64,000 bases of DNA from Chiloscyllium plagiosum (taxonomy: Eukaryota), in the NCBI RefSeq assembly GCF_004010195.1, contig NC_057718.1:98084876-98148875 (forward strand), given 5' to 3'. The notes under the pieces are model-generated. The model was not told the origin of the DNA. It worked only from the letters and a program-made list of their open reading frames with translations, and made no database searches. Position 1 is the stretch's first letter, and each line of letters opens with the position of its first letter. The position numbers were made by a program, and so were the translations under genes. This document shows, in pieces, positions 61,165 to 64,000 of this stretch.

Positions 61165-61780
61165 GAGTGGTTTGCTTGGCCACTTCAGAGGGCAGTTAAG
61201 AGTTAACCACGTTGTGGAGAGTCTGGAGTTGCATGTAGGCCAGACCAGGGAAAGACTGCAGATTTCCCTTCCTGAGATGCATCAGTGAGTTGTTTCTTTT
61301 CTGATCATCTCTTAGTTTCAACATCCCTAGTGCTGACTTCTTTTTCCAGGTTTACTTAGTACACTTCATTCAAATCATGATCTTTCTTTATTTGTTTCTG
61401 GGAAACAGACATCACTGGGTAGGCCAGGTGACCAGTTACACCTAGTGACACATTGTTGTGGGTCTGGAGTCAGATGTAGACCAGACCATGCAAGGACAGC
61501 AGATTTCCTTCCCTAAAAGATGTGACAGAATCAGATGGAGTTTTTACAACATTCGATATGATTGCCATGAGGTTTTTTAAATTCCAAATTTCTGTTTCTT
61601 TGCAGAATGTTGGCCTGCCACTCTCTTGCTTGTTGTCCAATGACATTGCTGCTATGCACTGCCTCTCACTGTTGTGATGGGATTTCACCTCCATTCAAAT
61701 ATTTTTGGTCGGGTACATCACAAGTTTAATAAATCCAGGCTTCTGGATTACTAATCCAGCTACATAAGCACTCTGCCATA
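61165..61780 (-). mobile_element. Fragments of the second SINE family (as 2630-2950)
   Basis: 'gtaggccagaccagggaaagactgcagatttcccttcc' occurs twice (about 61235 and 61477). Confidence 0.55.
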
Positions 61781-63634
61781 TTTCATAATTGTTACCTTCA
61801 GAGATAACATATCAAACAGAAAATATGTTTCTCAGTGCATTCTGGATACTTAGCCCACCCCGCCCCAGCCGTGATGAAAGGTAGATATTGAAAGTGCACT
61901 TACTAGATGACTCCAAAATGCACATTGACATTAAAGGGTTAGACAGAATCAATATTGACCCAATTATGCAGGAATTGATGTGGATTAAACAAATCATCAG
62001 TCCTGGATCAAGGCCAGTGTGGTTAGCAGTGAATGCAAATTCTGAGGTAATTGTAGCACAATTGCATGTCACGCTCACAAAGACAGAGCTTTCCAACCCC
62101 AACATGCAAAGCTGCAGTCATTGAGATGCAAGATAAATCTGGAACCAACCTTGCCTGTCTTAGGGTTTTGTGTGTCAGTGTTAAAAAGAAATCCATCCAT
62201 TATCGCAATAAGGTGGGAAAAAAAATATAAAGCCAAAAGCTTAAGAAAACTTACTTTACAGAATGTAAAGCAGTGGATTTGGGAACTAAAATATTGAGAG
62301 GGTTAATAGGCAGATTGAACAGACTGGCAGAGACTCAAATGCAACTATCTTGAGTGTATCTAATCAAGTATGCTGAGCCATAAAAGGGAAATTTTAATGA
62401 ATGGAGTTTGTGACTCCAGCCTCCGCACCTTGACCTTGTGCTTGGGATAAGGGACAGAAATAACTGGTTTACCCACACGCAGTGGAGATTTTCACATTGC
62501 CCCCTGGTCAGTATGAGGTTTCTGCAGCAATACTGCCAGTGAAGCAGTAGCAATTTAGCCTGTTTGACTGGGGAACTGTGGACTCTATTTTAAGAGTGGC
62601 TAAATATAGCTGAAATGCCATGAGTCATTATTATTTTTTAAGAAGTTGAAAAAAAATATGTAATCTATAATACCCAGCCCTTGAAGGCAATGTTAAGAAA
62701 AGGATAGCATTCAACAATTGAGGATACAACAAAGTAAGAGAGATGCATTCGCAAACCACTGCCTAAAAACATTTTAAAAAGCCACTGAAATAGCATTTCG
62801 TAAAGGTGTTGGAAAAACCCACTCCTGTGACATACCAAAAAAAAATCAATGCCTTAATGAGGCACTGACTCATTACAGAGTAAAGTTTTATCCAATGCTC
62901 TCGGTTCAGAGATTTCTGTGTGCGCTTGAATTCCCAACTGCACCTCCCAGAGCACAAAGCGCTCTGCCAGAAGCACTAATGTTGAAAATGTATTCCTATA
63001 TTAATGCTGCAAGATACCAATTAATCCGGTGACGATTCATTATTAAATTTTGCCATCTTTTTTCACTAGACTGCAGTTATTAGGGACAAAACCGTATCGC
63101 CCCAATAGTGGTGATTGGCAATTAACTGGACATGCAGGGGGCAAGCAAACTTGGGGCTTGTTGCCATGTTTTCAGTCATGGCTGTGCATTGCCACAGGGT
63201 GGCCAGGTTCATTCAAGGTTAGCATCATTTTACAGCCGGCCTGCAGCTCTTCATATAGTCACTGTGAGAGAACCCAGCAGCCAATTTATGCACAGCAAGC
63301 TCCCACCCAACAGCAGTGTGGTAAAGGCCAGATCATTTTGTTGTATTTTCGCTGTTGTAAAGTGAAAGTTGGGTAAATGTCCCCTGACTAACCTTGACCA
63401 ATTTGCAGTGACCCTTTTCAACTCAGATGTGTTCTGCATTGGGAAGGTCAAAAGGAGGATGAGAATCAGGGGAAGCTCCAAAACAACTTTATTGGACACT
63501 TTGTCGAGGACTAGCGATGTTTATCAGACCCTTCTATAGTACTTTAATTAAATTCTCTCAATTGCTTCTTCAATAAAAGTTCTTAACTCTCTCAGAAAAC
63601 AGTCTCAAATCAACACTAGCTATCTATTTGAGCC

Positions 63635-63962
63635 ATATAAGATAATCAGAGGGTTAGATAGGGTGGACAGTGAGAGCCTTTTTCCTCTGATGGTGACGGC
63701 TAGCACAAGGGGACATAGCTTTAAATTGAGGAATGATAGATATAGGACAGATGTCAGAGGTAAGTTCTTTACACAGAGAGTGGTATGGGCATAGAATGGC
63801 CTACCTGCAACAGTAGTAGACTTGCCAACTTTAAGGGCATTTAAATGGTCATTGGATAGGCATATGGACGAGAATGGAATAGTGTAAGTTAGATGGGCTT
63901 CAAATTGGTTTCACAGGTTAGCGCAACATCAAGCGCCGAAGGACCTGTACTGCGCTGTAACT
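63635..63962 (+). mobile_element. CR1 LINE 3' fragment
   Basis: YKIIRGLDRVDSESLFP...FFTQRVVWA*NGLP. Confidence 0.85.
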
Positions 63963-63964
63963 TG

Positions 63965-64000
63965 TAGATTAGATTAGATTCTCTACAGTGCAGAAACAGG
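63965..64000 (-). mobile_element. HE1 SINE 3' tail, cut by window edge
   Basis: tagattagattagattctctacagtgcagaaacagg. Confidence 0.7.

Noticed and set aside
1..64000. CRISPR array, prokaryotic operon or endogenous viral gene
   Set aside because: No regularly spaced repeat-spacer array and no long non-TE ORF; the content is vertebrate intron and TE sequence

Overview
Repeat-dense eukaryotic DNA. The HE1/V-SINE, HER1/CR1 LINE and SacSINE1-like repeats point to an elasmobranch (shark); this is an inference from the repeat families. The only host coding sequence I can recognise is a 98-nt + strand exon (52891-52988) that the ORF track misses. It carries the start codon and first 28 codons of phospholipase C beta 4 ([28 protein letters not shown]), so much or all of the window is probably PLCB4 5' intronic sequence. 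The rest is decayed transposable elements: about 17 HE1 SINEs, many CR1/HER1 fragments, CR1/L2-group, Tx1-like and Rex-Babar-like LINE tails, DeuSINE-like copies, Tigger-like MITEs, LTR-like pieces and Neptune-type Penelope-like elements (PLEs). The most notable signal is about 20 PLE-derived pieces from 4-5 sequence families carrying minimal hammerhead-ribozyme cores (CUGANGA-stem II-GAAA-palindrome-UH), about 10 of them intact or nearly so. Many are 150-250 bp non-coding fold-back insertions with 10-15 bp target-site duplications (TSDs). There is also an 85-bp duplication enclosing a 48-bp segment copied from 1.6 kb away. A 448-N gap lies at 41715-42162. TE boundaries are approximate and family names come from recognition, not database search.
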